Shown here in pieces: positions 47,655 through 61,155 of a stretch of DNA of 64,000 bases. Within the stretch, counting starts at the first letter, position 1. Each line of letters opens with the position of its first letter. Below the pieces are notes generated by a model, which saw only the letters and a list, made by a program, of their open reading frames with translations, did not search any database and was not told the DNA's origin. Where the stretch lies: positions 10,170,001 to 10,234,000 of the forward strand of contig NC_087250.1 of assembly GCF_037042905.1 (NCBI RefSeq). The letters run 5' to 3'. Origin of the DNA: Lytechinus pictus (Eukaryota). Both the position numbers and the translations under genes were made by a program.

Positions 47655-48703
47655 ATAAGGTAAACAGCGTTGTATATTAGAGCATGTACCACACATTAAA
47701 GTACAGGAATAATTTACACACTGCAATACACAATGCTATTTAAAAAAATCATGCAACCCCTTTTAGTCAGATATGAACCTTGAGGTAGCCGTTTAAACAG
47801 TAAGGTCCATATTCTGAAGTCAGGTTTAACTTAAACTCAGGTTTAAAGTTGCTGATTAAGTATGGATAGTCAATTGTTACATAAATCACGAATGGTAGAG
47901 ATATCACATTTCAGTTCATTTGGCTCTCGAATCATCCATAATTGTCTAGGAAGTATAAATATATGATTGTCTTCACCATCGATGAATCAGGAAAGAGCAC
48001 AGTAAACATAAGAAACATACAACTTAATAAAAATATTGACTCTTTTGGCTTCCCATAATTTTAGCACAGAGTTAGACCATGGTATAGGTTAAACCTGACT
48101 TCAGAATACAGGCCTAAGTGTTTAAAATATCAAACAACAGTTCTCCACAACTACACCATGTACTGTGAGGTTAAACATGCATACAGTTTTGAACCAGTGT
48201 TTTTACTGTGTATCAGGTGCAGAATGTTGATAATTTGCTTGACGAATCTCTAATTCAATTAGCATGATGTGCCATCTTCAGCGAATGCCTATCTTCCACT
48301 TAATTAGACCCTGTCAATATGGGGCACATCTATTGCTCACTCGGCTTACAAAGTCAATTAAGCTAAACAAATTCCTTGCTTACATACAATACATGTATGC
48401 ATAATGCGGTTTACTTGGTACTGTAGACCAAAATGCAATGCGCAGTATAAAAGACATGCTGATTTGTTTGCAGTAACTACATGTACTCATGTTTGTGGTT
48501 TACATGTATATTGCAGCACTTGTTCCCAACTGACCATTTTAGTCATTTCTAAGTCTGATTCATTTCAAAGCTGAGTCATCTCTAACGTTTTTGTTTTAAG
48601 GGGGTTTAATTCATCTAAAATAATTTTGATAATTTTTTTTTTTCAAATGATAACATTTGTTCAAAGGTACCGTAGGTCCTCCATACGAGCAGTTAGCTCT
48701 ATA

Positions 48704-49108
48704 AAGGCGACCGCACACCTTACGATTGGTCTGCGACCCAATTTTGGAATAAAACCTAGTACAATTTGATGCTAATATTGAGACATGGAATATCTTACTG
48801 TGTAATGTTCGAAACCATCATATGAATAAAATCTGTGACTATGCTATCATCCTTCTTAGAAAAAAAGCAAATTTAATATCTAGTCGTAATGACGTCATAG
48901 CAGTCGTATGATTGGCTACGATTTGAAACTAATTTGGCCTTCACTCCAAAATAAAGGTTTGCAATCTTTCAAAATTGTTATATTAGTATTCTTTAAATTA
49001 ATTTTGACCTCAAATAAAATATGTTCCATTCACATTTCTAGAAAATGAGCAAAGTGCGATTTGTTCCAAAATCGGATCACGAACAGTCGTAAGGTGTGCG
49101 GTGGCCTT
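48704..49108. mobile_element. MITE (Harbinger-like)
   Basis: AGGCGACCGCACACCTTACGA ... TCGTAAGGTGTGCGGTGGCCT TIRs. Confidence 0.7.
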
Positions 49109-51744
49109 AAGGGGCACTCAACCCAGACCTGTGAGTGGACAAGTACCAGGTAGGAAGAAAGTTTACAGTTATACCTGAAGAGACTGGAACTTAATGGTGT
49201 GTTTGACATGTTGTCTGTTACCACATATCTTTAACCCCCTTTATTATCACAGTGTACACAATTTATGTTAATTCTAATTGCTATGGCTAAAGAAAAGCAA
49301 TCCTAATGAGTAATTGAAGTGCCTAATCACCCACAATTGTTTATCAATTATGTGGTACTGAATATAGTATTGTGTTTGACACTTTGTAATCACCTCAATA
49401 AGCTCCTATTAAAGCACCTCTAATTTTCTGATTATTTACATGTATCTACATTTCAGTGTTTCCACAGATCCAAATCAAATTTCCCGAAACTGAATCCCAA
49501 ATTTCGTGAAATTCATAGACATTTCCTGGAATTTTCAAGTTTGATTTTTAACATAAATCAGGCAATAATACAGGTGACCAAATTCAGGGAATTTAACATT
49601 TTCTTTTTTTTCACGCCCTCTTTAAAATGGGAACAAAATTACAAAATGCGAGCGCGGAGCACGAGCAGAAAATTTTGAGCTATGTAATCTATTGAGGTAA
49701 ACAATTCCTTAAATACAGACCCTAACCTAACATGAAAAGTTGCTATATTTTTTTGTTGTTTAATGGTAATTTTCTGATTTCCCAGGATTTCCTGGAATTC
49801 TTCTTTTCCCAAAACTTTCCTGGAAAAAGTCAAATTTCCCAAATTTTGGGAACAGTGGAAACACTGCTGCATTTAAAGGGGGAGCGAACTGACCAATGCT
49901 GTGTGTAGTCTTTCATTGACTGTGTGTTATAAATAGCTAGTCTTAAAATATATGCGTTAAGTAATAACAATTAGTGATACAAAGAATAAAACAAACTGTA
50001 ATATTACATCTGTGGAGAAACTGAAGTGTGTGGGGTTTGACCTAAGGTGGGGCTATTGAGGCTGCCTGTTCATACATGTAATGTATATATCCTTTAATAC
50101 TTGAAGACTGTGTTACTTAAGGACATGTCAAGTGTCAACTCCCACAAAAAGTTGATTTGAATAAAAAGAAAAAATTCCAACAAGAATAACACTGAAAGTT
50201 TCACCAAAATTGGGTTTAAAATAAGAAAGTTCTGAAATGTTATACCTTCACTTCATTTCACAAAACGGTTACATGTACTTTCACATCTTGTTCAGTATGC
50301 AAATGAGGACTGATTATGTCACCTACTCACTATTTCTTTACAAAATATTTTAGATTTCTCCTTATTGTCACGTGAAACAAAGATTTGTTGCTCCCGAACA
50401 TGTGGATTTACCAAATAAAATTTTGTGGTTCAGTCAGGTTGGTCAATATACATGTACATGTACATGTATTGCCAAATCTGTACAAATTGAAATATTCTAT
50501 ATTTCTACTTATGTATAATTCAAATTTCAAACAATAAAAAGAAAAATAGTGAGTGAGGAACATAATTAACACTCCTGTCTTTTCTTTGCATTTCACCAAG
50601 GTGTATTAAACTGTTTTGAGAAAAATAAGCGAACGTTTTAAATGTCACAACTTTCTTATTTTACACCCGAGTTTGAGGAAATCATCAGTTATGCAAGTTT
50701 GATTTTCCTCTCTTAATTCAAATCAACATCCTGTTGGGGTAGACTGGACCTTTAATAGTATGTCTGGCATATTGCCTGCTAACAGCTCACCCTTTAAGTC
50801 TTTATACCACCATGTACACAACATATTGTACCCTAATTGCTATGGCTTAAGAAGAGCAGTCCTAACGAGTAATTAAAACCCCTAATCACCCCAAAATTGT
50901 TTATCTGTGGACACAAGACATATCAATTTATTCGAAGGTCTGTTCTGGATAAAGCGGACTGGTCTGTAATAAGGGGTTCCCATATGAGGGAATGGTATGT
51001 AGGATGCTATTGGTTGTGTGTGTCAGGGGCAGGGTAGTAGTCTAAGCCTTCCAGACACACAAGAGCAGGGAATAATTTAGCTTTACAAATTTCGATAGCA
51101 TTTTTGGTCATAAGAGAAATGCTCTCAACTATTAAGTAATGTACAGTCCTATGTAAAAATATGCTACCTATACAAAAGACTTTATGCATAGCAGTTTTTC
51201 AAAAATGTGGAGCAAATTGCGACACGATACTGGGAAAACTATTCCTGGCAATAGTATGGTTTGACCATGGAGATAGCTCCATGGTTTGACCGTTGAAAGG
51301 ATGCAAGAGTTGGTGCATGGACCTATTACAAAGGTCCATGGTTGGTGCGAGATTCATCAGGGCCTCCTAATGATACTTGTCACGCGAGTCACACTCCTGT
51401 GTTACGCGAGTCACATTTTCAAATGGCAATCGACTCAAAACAATAAGTCAGGCGTTGATGAATTTTTTACATAATATTTCCAGATGTTTCAAAATACTCT
51501 CCAGAAAATTTTATCAAAATCTGGTGAGTATCTTGACTATCTCCTTAGGAAATTACAGACAAATGCAGTAAGGTCAGGAATCTTCAATAATGTCGCGTCA
51601 CACAAGTCACAACAAATTGAAATATCTCCAACAAATGCGACTGTAAATATAAAAAAATTGGACAATGTGTGTTATCAACAATTTGATTGAAATAAATAGG
51701 AAAAACAAGTCTGCAATATACAATTTTCAAGTAATGAATCTTAA

Positions 51745-52294
51745 CCCTTTGAACCCTAAATTATTAGGGGGGGTGGTGACCTTAACCCTGAATTACTTGC
51801 ACATATTGACCACATTCACAAATTCCCATGATATGAGACCCAACGGCATCTTCCCCCCCGCTAGTACCCGGACCGAGCCGACTGGAGTTGTTTACCTTCC
51901 CGTAGACCTAGTCTACAAACAGAAATATCAACTTTAGTGTCTGTTTTGGGCTCAAAATCACTGTTTTTACCAAAGTCAGATATATCAGTTGCTTCCCCAT
52001 AGTAAGCACTTGACTCGCCGCGTATTACACCGTGTGTTACCACACATAACCACAAAAAAGTGGCATATTTTGGCAATTTTTTATGCCAAACCTTCCGAAA
52101 CCATTGCCGCCCTTGACTGAAATTATCTACTAAATATTCCTATACGTTTTGCTACATACGTACTAGAGAGATGACGTCATTGTTAAAGATCACCTGACAT
52201 TTTGAAGTCACATGGCTGTAGGCCGGTATTCCGGCCTATCGGGTATATGCGCGTTCAATGGTAGGCCGGTATTCTGGCCTATCGGGTTCAAAGG
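51745..52294. mobile_element. piggyBac-like MITE
   Basis: ttaa|CCCTTTGAACCC ... GGGTTCAAAGGG|ttaa. Confidence 0.75.
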
Positions 52295-52298
52295 GTTA

Positions 52299-52886
52299 AA
52301 GGACAAGTCCACCCCAACAAAAAGTTGGTTTAAATAAAAAGAGAAAAATAATACAAGCACAACAAAATTTCATCAAAATCGGTTGGAAAAAAAGAAAGTT
52401 ATATTTTTAAGTTTCGCTTAATTTCACAAAACAGTTATATTCACATCCTTGTCGGTATGCAAATGAGGAGACGGATGACATCATCCACTCACTATTTCAT
52501 TACATGAAATATGAATTACTCAAATTTTCTCCTCATTGTCATGTGAAACAAATGTTTATTCCTCCCTGAACATGTGAAATTACCATTGTTTTAACATTCT
52601 GTGGTTCAAACAAGAGGGTCCTTATTGTCAAATCAGTAAAAATTGAATAATTGTATAATTTAAACAATAAAAAACAAAAGAAAGAGTGAGTGAGGGACAT
52701 CATCGATTCTCTCATTTGCATATCACCGAGTTCTGCATGTAACTGTTTTGTGAAAAATAAGTGACTCTTCAAAATGTCATAACTTTTTTTATTTTTCATC
52801 CGATTTTGATGAAATTTTCAGCGTTATGCTCATTTGATTTTTCTCTATTGATTCAAATCAACTTTCTTCTAGGGTGAACTTGACCT
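52299..52886. mobile_element. Kolobok-like TTAA MITE, same family as 38847-39447
   Basis: Same termini and body; shares its TTAA with the adjacent piggyBac-like element. Confidence 0.75.
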
Positions 52887-55328
52887 TTAAGAAGCGGAAA
52901 TTTTGAGTGAATGTCACGCGAGTCAAAATGGAATGGCTGATAGACACTTTTACATGTACTGTACAATGTGATAAGTGGAGACATCAGATATAGATATTAC
53001 GTTCATGCAAAAGATGGAACATGATTGATGACTGCATCAAATTGTCCGACAGTCATTAAAGGGATACTCTGGGCTGAAAGTTTTTATTAAATAAAGAGCA
53101 AAATGCGACAAAGCGGCCTGCCATAGAAAAATCTTGGGAAATTGAATCAATACGAAATTTGCAAAAGGCCAATTGACTTGCATAATATAATCCGTCCATC
53201 ATGAGAGCCTGTCGGACTAATGCGATCAAAGTTCGGACAGCACAAATTTGACCGAACTTGTGATCGTTATTTATTTCGGATCGTCGCAGTTCTAGTTTCA
53301 AACGATCCCAGTTCCTAGATTCTCTTGATTGCTAGACCAAAATAAATAACCTCTGAGAAGTTACATGTTTCAAAGTGGAAAACATTCAGTTTACTTCTGG
53401 TTGGTTAGTCTACTAAACTATTGCTCTCCTATATTAGACCTCCCAGACATGCTGGTTTCTATTACATAACATCCCCAGGCATGCAGCCTAGTGAAATACT
53501 TGAATCCCTACTCTGTTCTGAGATTAGCCTTGATTTCCCTACGATTTGTCATGGAAGGTCGCTTTAAAGGGGTACTCTGGGCTGAAAGTTTTTATACCCG
53601 TCTGTATTTAAAAATAAAGAGCAAAATGCGACAAATTTCATCAAAATCTGACAACTAATGACACAGTTACTGAATTTTTTAAAGTCAAGAAATATTTTGT
53701 GAAATATGCATGTCGTCATGAATATTCATGAGGTGGGCTAATGATGTCACATTCCCACTTTCCTTTTTCTTTAATATGTCATTACATGAAGTCATAATTG
53801 TTTCATTTTTTCATCCAAGTGCGAATGATATGTCTCTTCTATGATAAATTAAGTTGCAGCAATGAACATGTAATGCATTAAATCAGTGTAAATCCAAAAT
53901 TAATTAAGATAATTACATACATTTGTACATAATACAAAAGAACAAGTGGGGATATGTCATCATCAATTTGCTCATTGAATACTCATGAAGACATGCACAG
54001 GACTGTTTCACCAAATAAATGCAAATCTTTAAAATGCCATAACTTTGTTGTTCCTTATCCGAATTTGATCAAAATTTTCAGTGTTATGTTTGTCTGATTT
54101 TTCATTATCAGTTGAAATCAAATTATTTTCAGCCTGGAGTATTGCAACCAGACAATCCCCTCTGCTGACCCCCCCCCCCTCACCCCCACCATAACACTTT
54201 GAATTAAAGCAAAATTAATTTTAACTGCAAGTGAACTTCTTTCTTTGAAATCTCTCGACACTAGTAGACTCTGATCATGAGGAGAGGCCCCCACAATTCA
54301 GAGGGGGTGGGGTAGGAGGGGGTAAGACCTGTCTTAAAGGGGAAGTTCACCCTGATAAAAGGTTTATTGTAAAAATAGCAGGAAAAAAAGGAATATTGGT
54401 GAAGGTTTTTAGGAAAATCCATCGAAGAAAACAAAATATATGATTTTTTTTTATATATACCGTACTGTATAAGCAAGCAGCATCATGAGTACCACTCGTT
54501 CAGTACAGAAAAATCAATGAAATGTCATTTTCTCACAAAAATGATAATGGCTTTCATTGTATATAGGGCCTACTTTCAGTATACCGTATCAACAAAATAG
54601 TCATTTCTCACCCATTTCTGAAAGAAAACTAATTCTACATCATATTTATCATCATTAACCTTTAAAAAAAAGAAAAATTATGCATTTCATATTACATAAA
54701 ATATGGGGCAGCTGCTCATACACGTATATGTCACAAATCAAAAACTTAAAATGATTACAACTTTCTCTATCTTTGATGGGTTATCCTAAAATCTACACCA
54801 ATGAGCTATTTATTATTTTCTGGTATTTTTACAAAAAATCCAGTTGAACTTCCCCTTTAAAACTGAATTCATCCTACCCTGGCCTGGGGATCTATATTTA
54901 TCTGACTAGAAATAATCTATTCTGAGTTGAGCATGCTATTATTATTATTACCCTGTCTCTGGCATTCGCTTGAGCTATACGGAAAGTTCAATATCGATTC
55001 ACAGGCAGGAGGAAGGTCAACTATCAATTACCTAGTTTGCTTCTAAATAAACCTCGCTTCATTTGATAGTTTTTACAGGTATGCCATTGTGCTTTGAATT
55101 TCATATGTAACTTCCAAGGGGTGACCTATTAAAGCTGCAGAAAGTTGGCCTTTTTTTTTAAAGAGCCCCTGGCCTGCAATCATAATGGGCAAAAACAAAG
55201 AATTCAAAGCTCTTTCACAACCGGTGGTGCAACTGCTTACACCCGTTGTGATTGTGTGTGACATATATTGTGACCAAATGATCGCAAACGGTCATAGGAG
55301 CAGTTGTGAAAGCCCCTTAACATGAATA

Positions 55329-55820
55329 CAGAGTGAGTCATAAAAAATGTCCCATCATTTTGAAGTTGTCTTTCAGGTCTTTCAAGACTGAAATATAATA
55401 TCATTCATGTCCTGATAGTGTTATTATCCCCCACATATTTTGGTACCATTTTCTTTAGGGACAGTTATTTTCCATTTTACCGGTAAATAAAACAGAAATT
55501 CTGTTTGGTTCGTATACATGTACTTTTCATGTAAAAATAATGGAATTAACCTTTGCAAAACGGAATTCAGGTTTTTGCTGTGTACATTTTCAGTGACAAA
55601 ATAGAATTTCTATTTTCAGATCAAGTTTAAACGGAATTACAGATTATCAGAAACGGAAAAGACCATTTTCTGAAATTGAAAATCACTGTCTCTATTTCTT
55701 ACAAATCTTTGCATGCATGACTGACTACAAGACAATCTCCAAAAGTATCTCTTCAGTAGTTCACACTTTTCAGACAAGACAACTTCAAAATGATGGGACT
55801 TTTTTTCTGACTCACTCTGT
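55329..55820. mobile_element. Tc1/mariner-type MITE (TA TSD) with a nested inverted-repeat insert at ~55458-55692
   Basis: ta|CAGAGTGAGTCA...CCCATCATTTTGAAGTTGTC ... GACAACTTCAAAATGATGGG...TGACTCACTCTG|ta. Confidence 0.78.
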
Positions 55821-58800
55821 ATAACCTAATTTGTCATGTCTTTGACTTTTTCTCGAAAATAAAAAACTAGCCAGTTCTCATGCTTGCTACGCTCAACTCC
55901 TCGAAAATAGGGTATGTGTGAGATATCAATGCCAAACAGTCCTCACCTTTGCCATCATAGACAACATACACTGTAAATGATGCTGTGCTGAGACTCAGCA
56001 TATCATAAAATTTACTGAAATTCATTACAAGGAAAGACCAACAAATGGCAACTTTATGAAATCTGTCAGATGCACGAAGAAAATGTTTTCTTCTTTAACT
56101 ATCCAATACCATCATCTGAAGTTAATGGCCTAAAAACTCTTGATAAAAAGTGTGAGCAGACACTTTTAGGCCTATACAGCCTGCATCATACATGCAGGCC
56201 AACACCACAATAAAGAAGGAGCTACATGTTGGCCTACACTGTAGACTGTGTAGTGTAGACCTACTACATGAATGAAATGAAAGTTGATCATATTGCATGC
56301 ATGTACTGTAGTGACACATAGGATTAGTATGCTACATGTACTTCATTACTTCTACCCACTGTGCATGTACATGTAGAGATTTACATACCCCCCCCCCCCC
56401 CCATGCCAAATGCACACAGACACACATCTATTTAATGTACTATTTAAGCACGAATGGGACAACTTTAAAAAGGTACAATAAATACATCCAAAACCAACTG
56501 AGGCCAGGTAATGGGACATTCTTGGCGAGATGGCCTTGGCCATGACCTTGTATTAAATTAAATCAAGCCCTGTAAGCCCTAGAAAACATGGCCACCCCTA
56601 TGAAAGTGTTCTCTTTGCGCATTAATTGCAGGGAGTGATTTGGGTTGCAAGGATGGCAAAAAACGCCCTTACCACTGGCGGATCCAGGGGGGCACAGTTG
56701 GCCCGTGCCCCCCCCCCCCCTCCCCCCACCATTTTGAGAAGCAAAATTAATACTTGTAATGCAAAAAAGCTGTTAAAACAGAAGTGACGCAATATCCTTA
56801 ATTTTTGGTTAAAAACCTTCTTTTTTTGATCAAATTTTCCAAATGTGCCCCCCCCCCCTTGGAAAATCCTGGATCCGCCCCTGGCCCTAACCATTTCCTA
56901 CACTGCCACCCGTAATATGTTCAAGATTAGTATATCTAGACATGTTTAAATTTTCATTCTTTCTTTATTGTGGCAGCGGTGGGATCGGATTGGCATATAA
57001 CTGGGTCTGTGACAGTAAGACTAGTGTACTGTAATTTTGGTTTGCAGCATGACACACTGACATACAATGCTAATGGCTATCACAGCTTTCTATGGGTGAT
57101 ACCCTCCTCCCATCTGCCCTTCAAATATCAAGTAATAAACGGGAACTAGTAACCAGATCCATGTACATGTAGGCCGAAGTGTATGTGTACACGTCCATGG
57201 TCTTTACATGTACACATACATGTACATTTGGCTTTGGAAAAAGGATATTATAATTCTGTGCATATACCTGCCAGAGATGTGGGGGAGGGTTTTTTAATAA
57301 TACTGTACATTACTAATTAAAATTATAGACCCTTTACGAAAAGTTTAAAAATGCTTTAAATGACAGAAACTTTCAAGTGCTGTTTCTGCTGGTGACACAA
57401 TATTTGCTGCGCTGACCACTGCTCTGGGCTTTATTTCGTCTAAGATATACATGTAGGGTTAGGGTTGCATTGTTGCGATATAGGGTTTTATGTAGGGTTT
57501 AGGGTAAGGACAGGTTTAGGATGGGGTATAGTGTTAAATCCAGGGTTAAAGTTGGTTATTTCTTTAGCGTGTGGAATTTACAGCGGAGCAATTGGCGCCA
57601 GAGCAAATGTCATGGAACCCGTTTTTGCTACCACCATCAAGATATTTCCCCTTTTACATGGAAGCACATTAAAGCATAGTTAAGTTGTGATTCACTTTGC
57701 AAATATTATTGCTCAGGGAAGACAATGGCTTATGAATGATATTGCTTTCCTCTGGCTTTGTTTGAAGTTTTTACTATACTATTTTCCCCTTTACTCTCTC
57801 TTCCAAAATTGACAACATTTTACACTGATGATTTTTTTTTCTTCTTCTTTTCCCAGCGTTTGTCAAACCAAATTAACTTTTCCTCAAGCTTCCACTCCTT
57901 CAGGAATCCAAGAATATCCTACATGACTGTGCTCATTAGAATTTTGGAATTCCACTCCAACATACTTGGTCAGACTGGGCTTTACCCAGTAGCGTTATTT
58001 AGTCTGTAGATTCAGACCATTTTACTCCAATCAATAAAAAATTGTTGTACATTTCCCTGTATAAGCGTTCAGTCAAGTTTAGACAAGCTATACCTTGGCT
58101 TTTCGCCTACACCATTTTTTTATCTAATACGCCGCATTACCATGTGTTAACTTGTATTTTTGTTTTAACATATTACTGTAATATCTGTTTTACTTGTGAT
58201 TGTTTTTATCTAATGCTTTGAATTGATTTGGAAATAAAGTTTAGCTAGTTCTACCTTATTAATGAATTTATAAAATGAATTTCTTTTCAGCAAATATTGA
58301 AACTTCTGCAATTACTTATAAGTCTCTACAATTAGTTGAAAATATTGTGTTGATTAATATTAACCCCAAAAGTAATGATTTTATATTTCTTCATGCTTTG
58401 TATATATTATTTTGATAGTTATGTTTTATATATTTTTTCAAATATGTAAAAGTTCTGTACAATTCAGCCCTTGCTGCAAACAGTTTGAGACTTGAGTGCA
58501 CAATTACTTTCAGTAGCCTGTGTGCCTAACAAACGCCCTCGTGTATTTTGTGCCAATGTATGGGAATGTAAAAATTTCCAGATAGGCCTGTTTACACATT
58601 GGAATATTTCTTACAATTTGGCCCTACATGTACTCAGAGGCTTTAACGATGAAGAAAACTATTTTAATCATCATTCCCAGACAGTTATGAATGATTTAAA
58701 ATCTCAATTGATTTGCGTCACTATCGTAGTCCAGCACAAATTCAGACCAGAGCTAATAAATACGGACCAGTATGGCTCTGTTTTATTTGTTTTATTGAGA

Positions 58801-60530
58801 AATATTACCTGTTTTATCCAAATTTTTCGAGCACTTTAATATTCACTTGGTCTAAAAAACAACACAAGGCTAGCAAAATTGGATTTTCATTTCAGTCTAC
58901 ATTTCCTTTTCCTGCTTTTGATATTTCATGAGGGTTTAATGACCTCATTCCTACATGTACTTCTTCTTTTGCACATTTGCATATTATGTTTCACTGTGAA
59001 ACATAATAGGCAAATGTGCACAGGCGGGGATATCAGCTCATGACATGCCATGCTGAGCAATGATTCAGTTACTACAGTCACTATTTTTCATATCTATTCC
59101 TTTGCATACTTGGCTAATCAAGGCCTACATGCTATATGTATGTAATAGACATGATTTCATTGGGGATATTTCAATGTAAGCCTGCATATATGCATTAATC
59201 TTACTTTCTCTTACGTTTTTGTTCGCCATTATACTTTCATTTTTGTTTCCTTAGTCTGCCCAGGGGCCCGTTGCAGAAAGAGTTGCAATCAAACGCAACT
59301 CTGAAAATCATGCGCAACTTGATTTTCAACCAATCAACAGCGCGCATTTTGGACTTGCGATTGATTTTTTTACTTGCGTTTTTAAACGCAACTCAAGAGT
59401 TTTGCAACGGACCCCTGATGAACATTCTGTCTTTGTATCCTCCCTATTCCTCCTCTATTGTTTATGTTTACATTATTTGGTTTCAAACCGCCTCGATCAC
59501 AAGAATCTCCGTTAAATTATGAAAAAATTTTCAAGCTAAACAATACTCGTTAATTATTCCCACATTCACACCATCCCATAACATATCCTTCAGATAAGTT
59601 CCTGAAGTTACAATAATGCGCAGTATGGTCTGATAAGCAAGCAAGGCTCGAGATTCAAAATCGCTAGCTCAGCAGCCTTGGAATCAAACCAACATCCCTC
59701 AGATTGAAAGACGAGAGTCTTCACCACTAGACCACGACGTCCCTGTATACATGTATACAAGGGAGAAACAAATAGCCAATGATTTTCACTGACAAAAGCT
59801 GTATGCAGAGGCGGATCCAGGATTTTCCAAAGGGGGGGGGGCTAGGGGGGGCATTTTGAACAGCAAAAATCTAAATGCAAAAAAGAAAAAAGGTCTTTAC
59901 TATTGAGGTCACTTTGTTCCGACACAAAAAAAAATCAAAAAAAGAAGAAAAAAAAATCTTCATTGGTGTGAGCATGACATATTCCTCTAAAAAAAATTTA
60001 AGGGGGACCTCACAAAAGAGGCTGTAAGCTATCAAACACCTTGCATCTGACTGATTCAGGGAAAATTAGACTGTAAAAATAACCTCCTCCATGTACAGGT
60101 ACAATGAGTAGGTCTATTCGTTTCATGACCTACTCCATCCTCACCATGGCTCATAAGATCAAAGTAACAAAGGCCTGCAAAATGAGACTAGCACGTCTCT
60201 GGCCATTGAGGTCATTTGAGGTCACATTGAGGAGTGAAGGAATGCACACAACTTGAGGTATTGATTTTGACATCTAATGAAATCATCTGAATTTTTCAAA
60301 AACCCTAAAACTCTTTTAAACTTATAAAAACACAAAACCTACATGTACATGTAAGCCCGGGCTTTGGAGGGTAGGTTTTTTTCTTCTGAATTCTTCTTCT
60401 TTCTTTTGCTAGGATCATTTCACTTCTCTAATTATCACCAGTCAAATTCAAATTCTGTAAATACTCCCCCCCCCCCCCCACTTCTCCATATCTTCTTATC
60501 CTACCCATGTCTCATTCCCTGCAATCTTTT

Positions 60531-61155
60531 TCCTTTTCTTCTTCTCCTTCTCCTTCTCCTTCTCCTTCTCCTTCTCCTTCTCCTCCTCCTCCTCCTCCTC
60601 CTCCTCCTCCTCCTCCTCCTCCTCCTCCTCCTCCTCCTCCTCCTCCTCCTCCTCCTCCTCCTCCTCCTCCTCCTCCTCCTCCTCCTCCTCCTCCTCCTCC
60701 TCCTCCTCCTCCTCCTCCTCCTCCTCCTCCTCCTCCTCCTCCTCCTCCTCCTCCTCCTCTTCTTCTTCTTCTTCTTCTTCTTCTTCTTCTTCTTCTTCTT
60801 CTTCTTCTTCTTCTTCTTCTTCTTCTTCTTCTTCTTCTTCTTCTTCTTCTTCTTCTTCTTCTTCTTCTTCTTCTTCTTCTTCTTCTTCTTCTTCTTCTTC
60901 TTCTTCTTCTTCTTCTTCTTCTTCTTCTTCTTCTTCTTCTTCTTCTTCTTCTTCCTCTTTTTCTTCTTCTTCTTCTTCTTCCTCTTTTTCTTCTTCTTCT
61001 TCTTCCTCATCTTCTTCCTCTTCTTCTTTTTCTTCCTCCCCCTTCTTCTACTTCTTCTTCTTCTCCTTCTTCCTCTTCCTCTTCTTCTTCTTCTTCTCCT
61101 TCTTCCTCTTCCTCTTCTTCTTCTTCTTCCTCTTCTTCTTCTTTTTTTTTCTCCT
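60531..61155 (+). repeat. Polypyrimidine microsatellite: (CTTCTC)n, then (CTC)n, then (CTT)n, then mixed
   Basis: About 620 nt almost purely C/T. Confidence 0.97.

Noticed and set aside
57730..58230. Possible decayed LINE 3' fragment
   Set aside because: No recognisable protein motif could be read with confidence.
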